64,000 nucleotides of DNA from Desulfarculia bacterium. Its GTDB lineage: Bacteria; Desulfobacterota; Desulfarculia; Adiutricales; JAGVGV01. The DNA lies in assembly GCA_963662445.1 (NCBI GenBank), contig OY759590.1, forward strand, positions 4,232,727 through 4,296,726, given 5' to 3'. Shown one piece after another: positions 1 to 9,398 of the stretch (the first letter of the stretch is position 1; the number at the start of each line of letters is the position of its first letter). The position numbers were made by a program, and so were the translations under genes. The notes below the pieces were generated by a model that saw nothing but the letters and a program-made list of their open reading frames with translations, searched no databases and had not been told where the DNA came from.

Positions 1-6
1 GGCATT

Positions 7-38
7 AAAAAGGGGTTAGCGCTGCTTGAGCTAACCCC
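7..38 (-). terminator. Hairpin plus T-run (read on the minus strand) just 3' of the truncated tRNA at 51-100
   Basis: 9-bp stem ggggttagc/gctaacccc. The minus-strand read is followed by TTTTT. Confidence 0.5.
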
Positions 39-50
39 TTGATTTCTTTA

Positions 51-100
51 TGGTGGGCGATGCGCGACTCGAACGCGCGACCTTTGGTTCCGGAATATAG
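51..100 (-). tRNA. Truncated tRNA gene, 3' portion only (encoded CCA, acceptor 3' strand, T-arm, variable loop). The loop-like TTCCGGA would imply Arg(CCG).
   Basis: The minus-strand read ends ...aggtc gcgcg ttcgagt cgcgc atcgccc a cca. No complementary 5' acceptor strand (gggcgat) and no paired anticodon stem upstream. Confidence 0.45.
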
Positions 101-109
101 GACCACGAG

Positions 110-234
110 TTTCACAACCTCCTCATATTGTTTTAACTATTTGATTTAATGCATTTTCTCAATTCTCGACTTTTTCATGTTTTGGCCGTTTTTTGCCAAT
201 TTTGTAAAAAAGTCTCACACGACTCTCACACAGA
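110..234. repeat. Block A, 125 bp; second copy (A') at 10741-10865, ~90% identical
   Basis: Both copies run from tttcacaacctcctcatattgttttaactatttgatttaatgcatt to gtctcacac(g/a)actctcacacaga. Each lies directly on the 5' side (minus-strand sense) of a truncated tRNA. Confidence 0.85.
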
Positions 235-261
235 CGGCGAAGGGGCTACGAGCGAAACTCG

Positions 262-325
262 TAACCCCTTGAAATTACTGGAGCCGGCGATGGGATTTGA
301 ACCCGCGACCTGCTGATTACGAATC
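262..325. repeat. 64-bp direct repeat, left copy (attL-like)
   Basis: taaccccttgaaattactggagccggcgatgggatttgaacccgcgacctgctgattacgaatc, identical to 10665-10728. Confidence 0.85.
279..325 (-). tRNA. tRNA-Thr(CGU)-like 3' half (anticodon loop to CCA); 5' half absent
   Basis: The minus-strand read is ga ttcgtaa tcagc aggtc gcggg ttcaaat cccat cgccggc t cca. Loop TTCGTAA gives anticodon CGT. The upstream sequence does not pair as an anticodon stem or acceptor. Confidence 0.6.
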
Positions 326-442
326 ACTTTTTCGGGTTTTGCCCATGTTTGCTATTTTACGATTAAGTATTTAAATCGGGCGCTTATCTGTTGACACCCT
401 TTGCTCTGATATGTTAAAATACCCTCAAATTTGATACCAATT

Positions 443-461
443 GCGTACTATATGCTTACTA
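443..461 (+). promoter_or_regulatory. 19-mer gcgtactatatgcttacta, copy 1 (candidate integrase arm-type site)
   Basis: Exact 19-mer present three times: 443-461, 498-516 and 10616-10634. Confidence 0.45.
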
Positions 462-497
462 TATTTTGGCGAAATCATGAGGGAAAAGTCGGTCTCT

Positions 498-516
498 GCG
501 TACTATATGCTTACTA
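498..516 (+). promoter_or_regulatory. 19-mer gcgtactatatgcttacta, copy 2
   Basis: Exact repeat 55 bp downstream of copy 1 and 18 bp upstream of the int start codon. Confidence 0.45.
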
Positions 517-533
517 AAGCCTGAGGGGGCAAA

Positions 534-1730
534 ATGAAGATCACGAAGAAGGCGGTTGATGCGCTTGAATCACGTCCCGCGCAGTACGTTTCATGGGACG
601 ACGACCTTCACGGCTTCGGCGTTCGCGTAAACCCCTCGGGCTCCAAATCGTTTGTGCTTCAATATAGGAACGAGCACGGCCGGTCCCGGCGGTTGACCCT
701 GGGCCGATATGGCCCGTTAACCGTGGACGCCGCAAGGGGTTTGGCTATCGAGGCCCTAGCAGCGGCTACGGTTGGGCGAGACCCGGCACAGGAGAAGGCG
801 GACAAGCGCCGTGAGAACACCGTCGCGGAGCTTTGCGACAGATACATCACGGACCACGCCGAACTTCGAAAAAAAGCATCCTCGATTCGCAGTGATAAAT
901 GGCTCATTCGGGACTACATAAAGCCGGCGCTGGGGACACTGTCTATTGCGTCCGTCACGAGGGCCGACGTGGTCCGCCTGCACCATTCGCTCAGAGACCG
1001 GCCAACTGCGGCTAATCGGCTGTTGGCCTTACTGAGTAAAGTTTTCAATCTGGCCGAGGCGTGGGGGCTCCGGGCCGAGGGCACCAACCCGACCCGGCAC
1101 ATACAGAAAAACACCGAAAAACCGCGCCGGCGATATTTAACCGGTGAGGAACTGTCACGCCTGGGCGCAGCGCTGACGGAGGCCGAACAGAAAGGGACGG
1201 AGCATCCATCCGTTATCTTGTGCCTGCGCCTACTGTTGACGACGGGGTGCCGCCTGGGAGAGATAATGACCTTAAAATGGTCATATGTTGACTTCGCGTC
1301 CGGCGTGATAAATTTGCCCGACTCAAAGACCGGCGCAAAAACGATTCCGATACCGGGGCCGGCGGCCGATCTCCTGTTGAGCGCCGGCCGCCTTCAAGGA
1401 AATGATTACGTCTGTCACGGTCTCAGACCCGGTTCACATATTGTCGGGGTGGCAAAGCCTTGGTATCGAATTCGGAAAGCCGCAGGCATAGACGACGTTC
1501 GGTTGCATGACCTGAGACATGGGTATGCCAGTGTCGCGGCTGCTGAGGGCTTGGGCTTACCCTTAATTGGGGCGCTCCTGGGGCACACCCAGCCCGCGAC
1601 TACGGCGCGTTATAGCCATTTGGCAATGGATCCCCTGAAGGCGGCGGCGGAACTGATCGCGGGAAAGATTCAGGAACACATGAATAAAAAACCCGCGAAA
1701 AAAGTTGTCCCGTTTCCGGGAAGGAAGTAA
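534..1730 (+). CDS. int: Tyrosine recombinase / phage integrase, P4-like with an N-terminal arm-binding (DUF4102-type) domain
   Basis: N-terminus has YVSWDDDLHGFGVRVNPSGSKSFVLQYR. C-terminal catalytic motifs are TTGCRLGEI, HDLRHGYAS and ARYSH. Confidence 0.9.
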   Translation: MKITKKAVDALESRPAQYVSWDDDLHGFGVRVNPSGSKSFVLQYRNEHGRSRRLTLGRYGPLTVDAARGLAIEALAAATVGRDPAQEKADKRRENTVAELCDRYITDHAELRKKASSIRSDKWLIRDYIKPALGTLSIASVTRADVVRLHHSLRDRPTAANRLLALLSKVFNLAEAWGLRAEGTNPTRHIQKNTEKPRRRYLTGEELSRLGAALTEAEQKGTEHPSVILCLRLLLTTGCRLGEIMTLKWSYVDFASGVINLPDSKTGAKTIPIPGPAADLLLSAGRLQGNDYVCHGLRPGSHIVGVAKPWYRIRKAAGIDDVRLHDLRHGYASVAAAEGLGLPLIGALLGHTQPATTARYSHLAMDPLKAAAELIAGKIQEHMNKKPAKKVVPFPGRK

Positions 1731-1742
1731 CGAGGCCGGGAG

Positions 1743-2435
1743 ATGTATCAATTTTCTGATGCGGCGCTATCTCAAATAAAAGAACTCCTGAACGTCACGG
1801 ATTTTGACACCGCTTGGCTTGAAAGTATTCGATGGACCATTGATGATTTTGTATCAAAGAATCAAGATAGTCATGTGTCTAAAATGCTTCCAAGTGGCCG
1901 GATGGACCGACTAAAAGATGCACACAAGGCCGTCCGCAATGCCATAAAAAAACTGACCAAACTGGATGCCGAGCCGCTTTTTTGGGGCTACCCGCAACCC
2001 TTCGATAACCTCGAAAAGGGCATCCGGGAAACCTTCCCACTTATCGACAAGACCACGACGGAAAGCGGCGTCAATACTAAGTTTTCTGTCCCACATAGGG
2101 ATTCATTGTATGTCTGGCGGCGGTTTGCGGCAGGCGAAAGCGATTTACACACGATATATGAAGGGCTGGAGGCGGCTATCAAGACCTTGAAGGGCGAAAC
2201 CCGCCGAGGGCCAAGAGACAAGTATACCGGCGCGGACGAGTTTATCCAAAGTATGTTTCATGGCTATTCGGGTTTGGTCCCTTCTACTCATAAAGAACGA
2301 ACGAAGGAAAATTTTAAACGCTTTTTGTGCGCTTGTCTCGAGGATGCACAAGGGGCCGATTACGATGATGCCTTTTGGCCCGAGAAAATACAGTCCTGGA
2401 AAAGACATTTGGAATATCCCAAACAGGACAAATAA
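1743..2435 (+). CDS. Hypothetical protein (cargo between int and the Xis-like gene)
   Basis: 230-aa ORF starting 13 nt after int. No motif recognised. Locally lower GC. Confidence 0.55.
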   Translation: MYQFSDAALSQIKELLNVTDFDTAWLESIRWTIDDFVSKNQDSHVSKMLPSGRMDRLKDAHKAVRNAIKKLTKLDAEPLFWGYPQPFDNLEKGIRETFPLIDKTTTESGVNTKFSVPHRDSLYVWRRFAAGESDLHTIYEGLEAAIKTLKGETRRGPRDKYTGADEFIQSMFHGYSGLVPSTHKERTKENFKRFLCACLEDAQGADYDDAFWPEKIQSWKRHLEYPKQDK

Positions 2436-2602
2436 TTCCCTTCGCCCCCCTCCCCTTTTTCCCAAAAATCTGTAAACATCACGCTTTCCATTGGGGTCTA
2501 ATTACCTCAAAAAAAGATTAATTACACATCTTTTCTAATCCCTTCTCGTGCGCTACGGTTTTACCCAGGCAATGAATAAATCTGCCGCAGAGAGGTGAAA
2601 AA

Positions 2603-2809
2603 ATGGAACGCATTTTCGTTAAAACCCGTGACGCAGCCCGCTTCCTGGGACTGTCCCCCAAGACACTTGAAAAGTGGCGGGTTGTCGGGGGAGGGCCGAA
2701 ATTCCGGAAGCTGGGCGGGGCGGTTTTGTATGACCAACACGAGTTGACCGCTTGGGCGGACTCCCGTGTCCGGCTGTCGACTTCCGACCCCGGCCAGTCT
2801 CCGGAGTAG
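2603..2809 (+). CDS. AlpA/excisionase-family HTH DNA-binding protein
   Basis: KTRDAARFLGLSPKTLEKWRVVGGGPKFRKLGGAVLYDQHELTAW is the typical HTH_17/AlpA pattern. Confidence 0.7.
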   Translation: MERIFVKTRDAARFLGLSPKTLEKWRVVGGGPKFRKLGGAVLYDQHELTAWADSRVRLSTSDPGQSPE

Positions 2810-2812
2810 CCA

Positions 2813-5761
2813 ATGGCCGACCTGGAAAAAACAGTCCAAATCATCTTTGAGGGCTCCGACCGCGTCAGCGGCCTCATCAACGGCATGCAGTCTAAAATGT
2901 CCGGCATGGCGTCGAACGTCGCAGACATCACTGAACCCCTGGCTAATTGGCACGACGGTATTTTGAAAGTGGATGCGGCCCTGTCCGCCCTTGCCGTGGG
3001 CGGCATGGCGTATTCCATTTACAAGTTCGGCGAGTTCGAAGACGTCATGCTGGCCGTCAAGGGCATTATCCGGGCCAGTGATACGGACTACATCCGGCTG
3101 AACGAACTCGTCAAGGGGCTTGGCGCGACAACCAGATACACGGCGACGGAAGCCGCCGAGGGCTTGCGGTTCCTGGCCATGGCCGGGCTGGACGTGGAAG
3201 AGGCAATCGGCGCACTGCCGAATATGCTCAACCTCGCCCAAGCTGCCGCCATCAACCTGGGCGAAGCCGCCGACATTTCCACAAACATCATGACCGGCTA
3301 CGGCGCGTCGGTCGATGACCTGACCCGCATTAACGACGTTCTGACGGCCACCTTCACAAACAGCAATACCAACCTCCTGGAACTGGGGCAGGCGTTCAAA
3401 TACGCCGGACCAGTCGCCAAGGCCCTGGGTTTCGACATTGAGGAAGTGGCGGCCACGTTCGGCGTCCTGGCTAACGCCGGATATAAGGCCGATATGGCCG
3501 GGACCGCGCTCCGAAACATCATGGTTGCCCTGGTTAAACCGGCCGGGAACATGGGCAAGCTGTTTAATAAACTCGGCATTGACACGTCCGAGATGGGCGT
3601 CAACCTGGCCAGTTCGTCTAATGCGCTTCGGTCCCTGGGCGTGTCCGTCAAAGACGCCGACGGCAACATGAGGCCACTGACGGATATCCTTGCGCAGTTA
3701 CAGCGGGGGCTTGAGCGGATACCCGACAAGGCCGACCGAACCGCCGTCCTGATGGAAATCTTCGGCAAGCGCGGCGGTCCCCAAATGGCCGCATTGTTGG
3801 AGCAGGGTGTCACCGCCATTTCCGGCATGGAAAGCAAAATCCGCTCCCTTGGCGGCGTCACTGATGACATCGCCAAACAGATGGAATCGGGAATCGGCGG
3901 GACAATCAGGCTTATCCGTTCGTCTGTCGAGGCCGTGACCATCGAAATCGGCGAGCGCATAGCAGCCGGAGCGATTCCAGCCGGTCAAGGCATGGCGGAA
4001 CTTATCCGGGCCATAAACAGCGAAATCAGGGCTGGGTCTTTTGACGAGATATTCAACGCCATTGAATCGTTCGGCGTGGACCTGGAAGCCGTATTTATCG
4101 CCGTGGCCGCGAACCTGCCGACCGCACTGGACCGGGTCGATTTCTCCAGGTTTGTCGGCGCGATTCAGGCCGTGGTTGCCGAGACTGGCAACCTGTTCAA
4201 GGCATTCTTCGGCGAAATCGACCTGACCACGCCTGAGGGCCTGGCCGCTGCCATACAGAAAATAGTCAACGCCGGGACCAAGCTGGCCGAGGTGTCCGAG
4301 GGCATAATTGAGCACTGGGAACGCTGGTCGCGCTGGTTGGGTGAGATAGTCGAGCGCCTGGGCGAGATGGACAAAGAGACGGCCAACACGATTGGAAACA
4401 TGCTCGGCCTGGGGAAGGAACTGAATGTCGTCTCGCGGATCGCCGAGAATTTCAACACTGCCCTGGGCGGGCTGAACCGGCTTTTAACATTGACCCTCGT
4501 CCGGCAAACGTACGCATTCGTGTCGTCCATAAAACTGACAGGGACCGCCTTAACTTCACTGGCGACATCGGTATCCACAGCCATCGGTTCAGCGGCCGGT
4601 CAAGTTGGTTTACTCGGGCTTGCCGCCGTGGCTGGCTGGACCGCTGGAACACTGATAAATGACCATGTTCCCGCCGTCGGTAGGGCCGCTCAAGCGGTCA
4701 TTGGTTGGGCAGACGACCTGCTCGACTTCAGCGGCAAACAGGAACGGGCGCGGAAAGAGACGGAGATATTCGACCGTCTCATAAACACCCTGGCCGAAAC
4801 GACGGATGATTACACCTACGACCTGTCCAAACTCCGGGCCGAATTGCTCGGACTTGGTTATGACATCACCGACCTGCCAGATGCCAAAATCATCAAACTG
4901 GCCGCCGATGCCGACATCCTGAGTTTCGAGGATGCCCAGCAACTGATTCATGCCCGCGTCCCCAACAGCCGCGAGGTTGAAATCTACGTCAACTCGCAAC
5001 GGGCGGCCGCCGACCTGTCAACGTTCGGCGAGGACGCCGACGAAGCGGCCCGCGCCAGAACGCTGGCCCTGACCGTTGCCACAGACGGGCAGTCCGTGAC
5101 GGCCACAAACCGCGTCATTGACGACCTGGAAAACAGAACCGCCAATCCAAGCCCCTACGTTCTGACCATCAGGGGCGACGGGTCCATTGAAATCGTCCGT
5201 AATCAACTTGCCTCGTTGCCGTCCGACAAGACAGTCAAGGTCAAGACCGAATTGGACGAGCTCGAAACTAAGAGATTTGAGGCCCAGCTGTCCGTGGTTG
5301 ATGCCCTGACAAAGGGCTATTTCGAGACCATTCAAAGCCAAGTCGAATGGGAAGCGAAATTGGAAATTGCCGAGGTTGAGGCCAACGCGGCCAAAATCGA
5401 GGCAATTATGTCAGCACTGACGGCGGCCTTCTCGTCATCCGGCGAGATATTATCAACCGCCCTGGGCGCGTTCGCGGAAATGTCCGCCAGTAATCCCCTG
5501 TGGATCAGCATGCAGGAATTCATCGAGCGGGAGTTTGCCATCCGCGAGGAAACGCTTGAACTGACCCGCGAGACAGCGGCGGCGGAAATCGACCTCATGA
5601 GGGCGAGGCAGGCGGCCTATGAGCGCGGAGACGCACAGGTGCAGATAGACGGGACTGGATTACAGCCGCACCTTGAGGCGTTCATGTTCGAAATCCTGAG
5701 CGCTATTCAGGTTCGGGCCAATGCCGAGGGCGCTGACTTCCTGGTGGGGTTGGCCACATGA
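2813..5761 (+). CDS. Phage tail tape-measure-like protein (TP901-family core region) with a long C-terminal helical/coiled-coil part
   Basis: RYTATEAAEGLRFLAMAGLDVEEAIGALPNMLNLAQAAAINLGEAADISTNIMTGYG, then NLLELGQAFKYAGPVAKALGFDIEEVAATFGVLANAGYKADMAGTALRNIM. Confidence 0.75.
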   Translation: MADLEKTVQIIFEGSDRVSGLINGMQSKMSGMASNVADITEPLANWHDGILKVDAALSALAVGGMAYSIYKFGEFEDVMLAVKGIIRASDTDYIRLNELVKGLGATTRYTATEAAEGLRFLAMAGLDVEEAIGALPNMLNLAQAAAINLGEAADISTNIMTGYGASVDDLTRINDVLTATFTNSNTNLLELGQAFKYAGPVAKALGFDIEEVAATFGVLANAGYKADMAGTALRNIMVALVKPAGNMGKLFNKLGIDTSEMGVNLASSSNALRSLGVSVKDADGNMRPLTDILAQLQRGLERIPDKADRTAVLMEIFGKRGGPQMAALLEQGVTAISGMESKIRSLGGVTDDIAKQMESGIGGTIRLIRSSVEAVTIEIGERIAAGAIPAGQGMAELIRAINSEIRAGSFDEIFNAIESFGVDLEAVFIAVAANLPTALDRVDFSRFVGAIQAVVAETGNLFKAFFGEIDLTTPEGLAAAIQKIVNAGTKLAEVSEGIIEHWERWSRWLGEIVERLGEMDKETANTIGNMLGLGKELNVVSRIAENFNTALGGLNRLLTLTLVRQTYAFVSSIKLTGTALTSLATSVSTAIGSAAGQVGLLGLAAVAGWTAGTLINDHVPAVGRAAQAVIGWADDLLDFSGKQERARKETEIFDRLINTLAETTDDYTYDLSKLRAELLGLGYDITDLPDAKIIKLAADADILSFEDAQQLIHARVPNSREVEIYVNSQRAAADLSTFGEDADEAARARTLALTVATDGQSVTATNRVIDDLENRTANPSPYVLTIRGDGSIEIVRNQLASLPSDKTVKVKTELDELETKRFEAQLSVVDALTKGYFETIQSQVEWEAKLEIAEVEANAAKIEAIMSALTAAFSSSGEILSTALGAFAEMSASNPLWISMQEFIEREFAIREETLELTRETAAAEIDLMRARQAAYERGDAQVQIDGTGLQPHLEAFMFEILSAIQVRANAEGADFLVGLAT

Positions 5762-5931
5762 AAACCGCCGATACACACCCCCTTGTGGCCACGTTCGACG
5801 AGTCCGGAAGGTTTGTCTATCTGCGGCTCCTGGCCCGCAATGAGTCCGAAGAGACCAGGCTCCGACCCGTGGGCGAAAGGCTGTTGGCGCGACTGCTGGC
5901 CATGGACATCCAGCCCGTGGGTGAGGCATGA
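5758..5931 (+). CDS. Small hypothetical protein (57 aa, below the ORF-track cutoff)
   Basis: Its ATG overlaps the stop of 2813-5761 (ATGA) and its stop overlaps the ATG of 5928-6809 (ATGA). It reads MKTADTHPLVATFDESGRFVYLRLLARNESEETRLRPVGERLLARLLAMDIQPVGEA. Confidence 0.5.
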   Translation: MKTADTHPLVATFDESGRFVYLRLLARNESEETRLRPVGERLLARLLAMDIQPVGEA

Positions 5932-6809
5932 CAAGGGTAACCGGGGGGGCATTCATCGTCGCCAGACAGGTGTTCTCATCCGAAATCTGGCGCAAGCCGC
6001 CAATTTATCTGAAAGCCTGGACATGGGTCATTGGGCACGCGAACCACGCCCATATCGAGCGGGGGGGGCGAGTGTACCGGCGGGGCGAATTCACCACGAC
6101 GTACCAAGAGGTCATCAACGCCCTTGCCTACACCGAAAACCACAAAACCATAAAACCGACCTTGAAACAGGTTCGTCGAGTGCTGGCGTGGCTTTCCGGG
6201 CAGGGAATGATTACGGTAATTGGTCTAAAGTCAGCAAAATCAGGGCTTGGCCGAGCTTGGGCAGACCCTGGGGCAGAGACTGGGGCATACGTCGGGATAA
6301 GGATAACAGTCTGTAATTACGACATATACCAAAGTCTGGACACCTATACTGGGGCAGACCCTGGGGCAGAGGGCTTGGCCGAGCTTGGGCAATACAACAA
6401 GAATGATTTAACAAAAAAGACTAAGAAACCAGCCCCCGAACCCTCCACCGACCCACCATCTGCACCAGGCTTCGACAGGATTCCGGATGAAGCCGTCCGG
6501 GCTTCTTTGGAAAGAGTTTGTCGGGAACTGGTCAGCACACCCGGACCCGAGGGAAAGCCCCTTTTCGGACGAGCGTTTGAGTTCGTGAACCGCTCCTTGG
6601 GAGACGGGCTCCGGCCGGAAGCGGTCCTGAAGGCCCTGACCCAAATCCAAACCATTGGCCACATTCGGTCACCGTGGCCGTATGCAAAACAGGTGTCCGA
6701 GACTGAAAGCAAGAACATTTGCGAGCGTGAGGCCATTGCTCGCCACGAGGAACTCAAGAAAACCGACCCGCTCCAAGCTTTCCTGACGAGGGGGATGCGC
6801 CTTGTCTGA
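5928..6809 (+). CDS. Hypothetical protein, possible winged-helix replication/loader-type protein
   Basis: 293-aa ORF coupled on both sides (8-nt overlap with dnaB). Has a wHTH-like stretch TLKQVRRVLAWLSGQGMITV. Confidence 0.55.
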   Translation: MTRVTGGAFIVARQVFSSEIWRKPPIYLKAWTWVIGHANHAHIERGGRVYRRGEFTTTYQEVINALAYTENHKTIKPTLKQVRRVLAWLSGQGMITVIGLKSAKSGLGRAWADPGAETGAYVGIRITVCNYDIYQSLDTYTGADPGAEGLAELGQYNKNDLTKKTKKPAPEPSTDPPSAPGFDRIPDEAVRASLERVCRELVSTPGPEGKPLFGRAFEFVNRSLGDGLRPEAVLKALTQIQTIGHIRSPWPYAKQVSETESKNICEREAIARHEELKKTDPLQAFLTRGMRLV

Positions 6810-8154
6810 TTCATTGCGCTCCGTTCAAGCGGAACAGGCCATCCTGGGGGCTGTGCTCGCGGCCTGTGACCCAGCGGAGGCCATTGGCCGGGCCATTGAG
6901 GGCGGTCTCACACCTGGCGACTTTTACAAAAAGGCCCACGCGCACATTTACGAAGCCATGCGGGGTTTGTTTGACCGGGGCGAGGTCATAGACCTGGTAG
7001 TTGTTGTGGGAGCCCTGGAACGGGCTGGACAAGCTGAAAAGGCTGGCGGACCCGCCTACCTGTCTGAATTGGCCGACCGGGCCGGGACATCGGCGGGTAT
7101 CACCCATTATGCCGGACAGATTCGAGACGCGGCCTTGAGGCGGCGTCTGGTTGATGTAGGCAGACAGATTGCAGAGACCAGCGGCAACGGCCACCACGAA
7201 ACCGCCCATGATGCCCTTGAAGCCGCCGAGGGCGCAATCTTCGCCCTGCGCGACACCAGACACCAGAGCGATGCGGGCGGGACCGTAGGCGCGACCCTGG
7301 GCGCATCCTTGCGGGAAATTGAAAAGCGCATGACCTCGACCGGCCCGACAGGAACACCGACCGGCTTCACGGACCTGGATGACCTGACCGGCGGTCTACA
7401 GCCTGGGGACCTGGCCATTATCGCCGGGCGGCCTTCGATGGGCAAGACGGCCCTGGCCCTGAATATCGCCCTGGCTGCGGCGGCCCCCTGGGCCAGAGAA
7501 ACGGCCAAGGATTACCCGGCGGCCCCTGCGGCCTTCTTTTCCCTGGAAATGTCAACAGCACAACTCAATGAGCGGCTATTGTCGGCCGTCTCCGGGGCGA
7601 ACCTTCAGGCGATCCGAACAGGCCGAGGGCTTCGAGACTCGGACCTTCAGGCCCTGACTGTAGCGGCCTCCCGGCTCTCTGGTATTCCGCTTCACATTGA
7701 CGACCGGCCCGCCCTGACCGTGAACGAGATTCGGGCGACGTCCCGGCGGATTGCTTCACGTGGCGGCCTGGGTTTGGTCGTGGTGGACTATCTGCAATTG
7801 ATGCGCGGCGACGGTCAGAACCGCGAACAGGAGATCAGCGGGATATCCAGGGGGCTCAAGGCGCTGGCGAAAGAACTCCATGTTCCCGTGTTGGCCCTGT
7901 CGCAGTTGAACCGGGCGCTTGAATCCCGCAACGATAAGCGGCCGAACCTGTCCGACCTGAGGGAATCCGGGGCCATTGAACAGGACGCGGACATTATCGG
8001 GTTTGTCTACCGGCCTGAGGTTTATGGGGCGACGGCTGACAACGCGGGCCAAGCCGAACTGTTAATCCGAAAAAACAGGAATGGACCGACCCGCGACTTG
8101 TCTTTTCACTGGGTAGCGCACACAAACCAATTTCGAACGGCGGCGAGGTTATGA
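6802..8154 (+). CDS. dnaB: Replicative DNA helicase DnaB
   Basis: N-terminal AEQAILGAVL, Walker A GRPSMGKTALALN, then VVVDYLQLM and RESGAIEQDADI. Confidence 0.9.
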   Translation: MSDSLRSVQAEQAILGAVLAACDPAEAIGRAIEGGLTPGDFYKKAHAHIYEAMRGLFDRGEVIDLVVVVGALERAGQAEKAGGPAYLSELADRAGTSAGITHYAGQIRDAALRRRLVDVGRQIAETSGNGHHETAHDALEAAEGAIFALRDTRHQSDAGGTVGATLGASLREIEKRMTSTGPTGTPTGFTDLDDLTGGLQPGDLAIIAGRPSMGKTALALNIALAAAAPWARETAKDYPAAPAAFFSLEMSTAQLNERLLSAVSGANLQAIRTGRGLRDSDLQALTVAASRLSGIPLHIDDRPALTVNEIRATSRRIASRGGLGLVVVDYLQLMRGDGQNREQEISGISRGLKALAKELHVPVLALSQLNRALESRNDKRPNLSDLRESGAIEQDADIIGFVYRPEVYGATADNAGQAELLIRKNRNGPTRDLSFHWVAHTNQFRTAARL

Positions 8155-8407
8155 CCGGTGAAATTTCCACCACAAGGGATAGGGAGGCAGAGCGGCAACA
8201 CGGAACTATACCCCGACCGCAAAAACCCCGCACGGCGAGCCCTGAGCGCCTTGGCGGGGCGATAAATGGACGGGGTGAAGGGGCGAAAGGTGGACGGGTC
8301 CTTCCAGAAGGTTTCGATTTATACGGATAAGCCAAGCCCCGATATTCCGCCAGATACAAACGGCGGAAAATTAGTTGACGAAACTTTACAACACGAAAGG
8401 ATTTGAA

Positions 8408-8854
8408 ATGGAACTGGTCACACAAGCCGAGTTCGCCCGTCGGGCGGGCGTCAGTCGGCAGAGGGTCAACGCCCTCTTGAAGGACGGGGCTTTCGGGAAG
8501 GCCACGCGGCGCGTTAACGGGAGAACGTTGATTGACTTTGAACCCGGACTGAAGGCCCTCGAAGGGGCGCTGGACCCGGCTTTTATCAGTAAAATAGTCA
8601 GCAATGCCAAGCGGCCGCCGAAACCTCAAATTGTGCTCCCCCAATTCCCATGGCCGGAGCGTGTCCGCCTGGACGGCGAACTGTCCCCGAGGTCCACCCT
8701 CATATTTGGGATACTGATTGAGAAATACAACCTTCCTGACCTGGACCCAATAAAAGCTATTGAAATTTTAATGGATATGGCCCCTGCCCGGTTTCTGGAA
8801 GCCTTCCCCGAGGGCAGATTTGACGAGGATGGGAGGGCTTTAAGCTTGTCATAA
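8408..8854 (+). CDS. Hypothetical HTH protein
   Basis: Start moved from the track's TTG (8375) to the ATG at 8408, which is preceded by aaagga. Has VTQAEFARRAGVSRQRVNALLKDG (HTH). Confidence 0.55.
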   Translation: MELVTQAEFARRAGVSRQRVNALLKDGAFGKATRRVNGRTLIDFEPGLKALEGALDPAFISKIVSNAKRPPKPQIVLPQFPWPERVRLDGELSPRSTLIFGILIEKYNLPDLDPIKAIEILMDMAPARFLEAFPEGRFDEDGRALSLS

Positions 8855-8874
8855 CCAAGCGTCCGGGATATAAT
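8846..8874 (+). promoter_or_regulatory. Sigma70-like promoter TTGTCA-17-TATAAT
   Basis: ttgtca (8846-8851), 17-nt spacer, tataat (8869-8874). Shares ccgggatataatt with the promoter at 9211-9240. Confidence 0.4.
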
Positions 8875-9096
8875 TCATTTATTCAAGTTCAGTATGATGC
8901 GTGATTGTTTGCCGCAGGGACTCGCAGAGGCCCCTGCGGTTCTAACAGCAACTCTAACCGGGCAACGGCGGCGGGGTCTGTTATGGGGATAACTTCTTAC
9001 CGTCCAAACCCTAAAGAGAACAACGCATCTGAAGCCTAGGTGGGGGATGGGCTTATGCCCATCACCTCATCGAGGCGACAGAGACAACCGACAATT

Positions 9097-9114
9097 TGTT
9101 GCCAATTGGCAACA
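9097..9114. promoter_or_regulatory. Perfect 18-bp palindrome tgttgccaattggcaaca (candidate operator)
   Basis: Self-complementary 18-mer in the 540-bp non-coding gap between the two promoters. Confidence 0.4.
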
Positions 9115-9210
9115 TTTCGCAAAAACCCCAAACCGAATCCCAAACCCGCCCGCTTACCTCTCTCGAACCAGACAAATATCGCCGATTTTCAATACTATGT
9201 GTAAAAAAAC

Positions 9211-9240
9211 TTGCCTTTTTCAACTGAGCCGGGATATAAT
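9211..9240 (+). promoter_or_regulatory. Sigma70-like promoter TTGCCT-18-TATAAT
   Basis: ttgcct (9211-9216), 18-nt spacer, tataat (9235-9240), upstream of the 9399 gene. Confidence 0.4.
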
Positions 9241-9398
9241 TAACATGCTAAAACTTAATACCCGGCGAGGTCACCCGTAAGATGACCGATTGTTTGTACC
9301 GAAGAAATAAATTTCCCGAGACTGAGGTGTCCGTGAGGCCCTCGACGGTTGGTATTGGCCGTTAGCAAGTCTCGGGAATTGCATTTTGGAGGTATGTT

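Noticed and set aside
51-135. Complete tRNA genes at 51-125 and 10682-10760
   Set aside because: In both cases only the T-arm, acceptor 3' strand and part of the anticodon arm are present. The sequences on the 5' side cannot pair with the acceptor 3' strand or form D or anticodon stems. I treat them as att-type fragments.
5935-6066. Homopolymeric G7 and G8 tracts near the 5' end of gene 5928-6809 as phase-variation switches
   Set aside because: The tracts are short and lie in a GC-rich background. There is no population or read evidence for length variation, so this is not reported as a finding.
5783-6316. Plus-strand 177-aa ORF overlapping the start of 5928-6809
   Set aside because: It is out of frame with the coupled gene chain and is Trp/Arg/Pro-rich and low in complexity. 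The 57-aa ORF (5758-5931) plus 5928-6809 account for the region with ATGA couplings.
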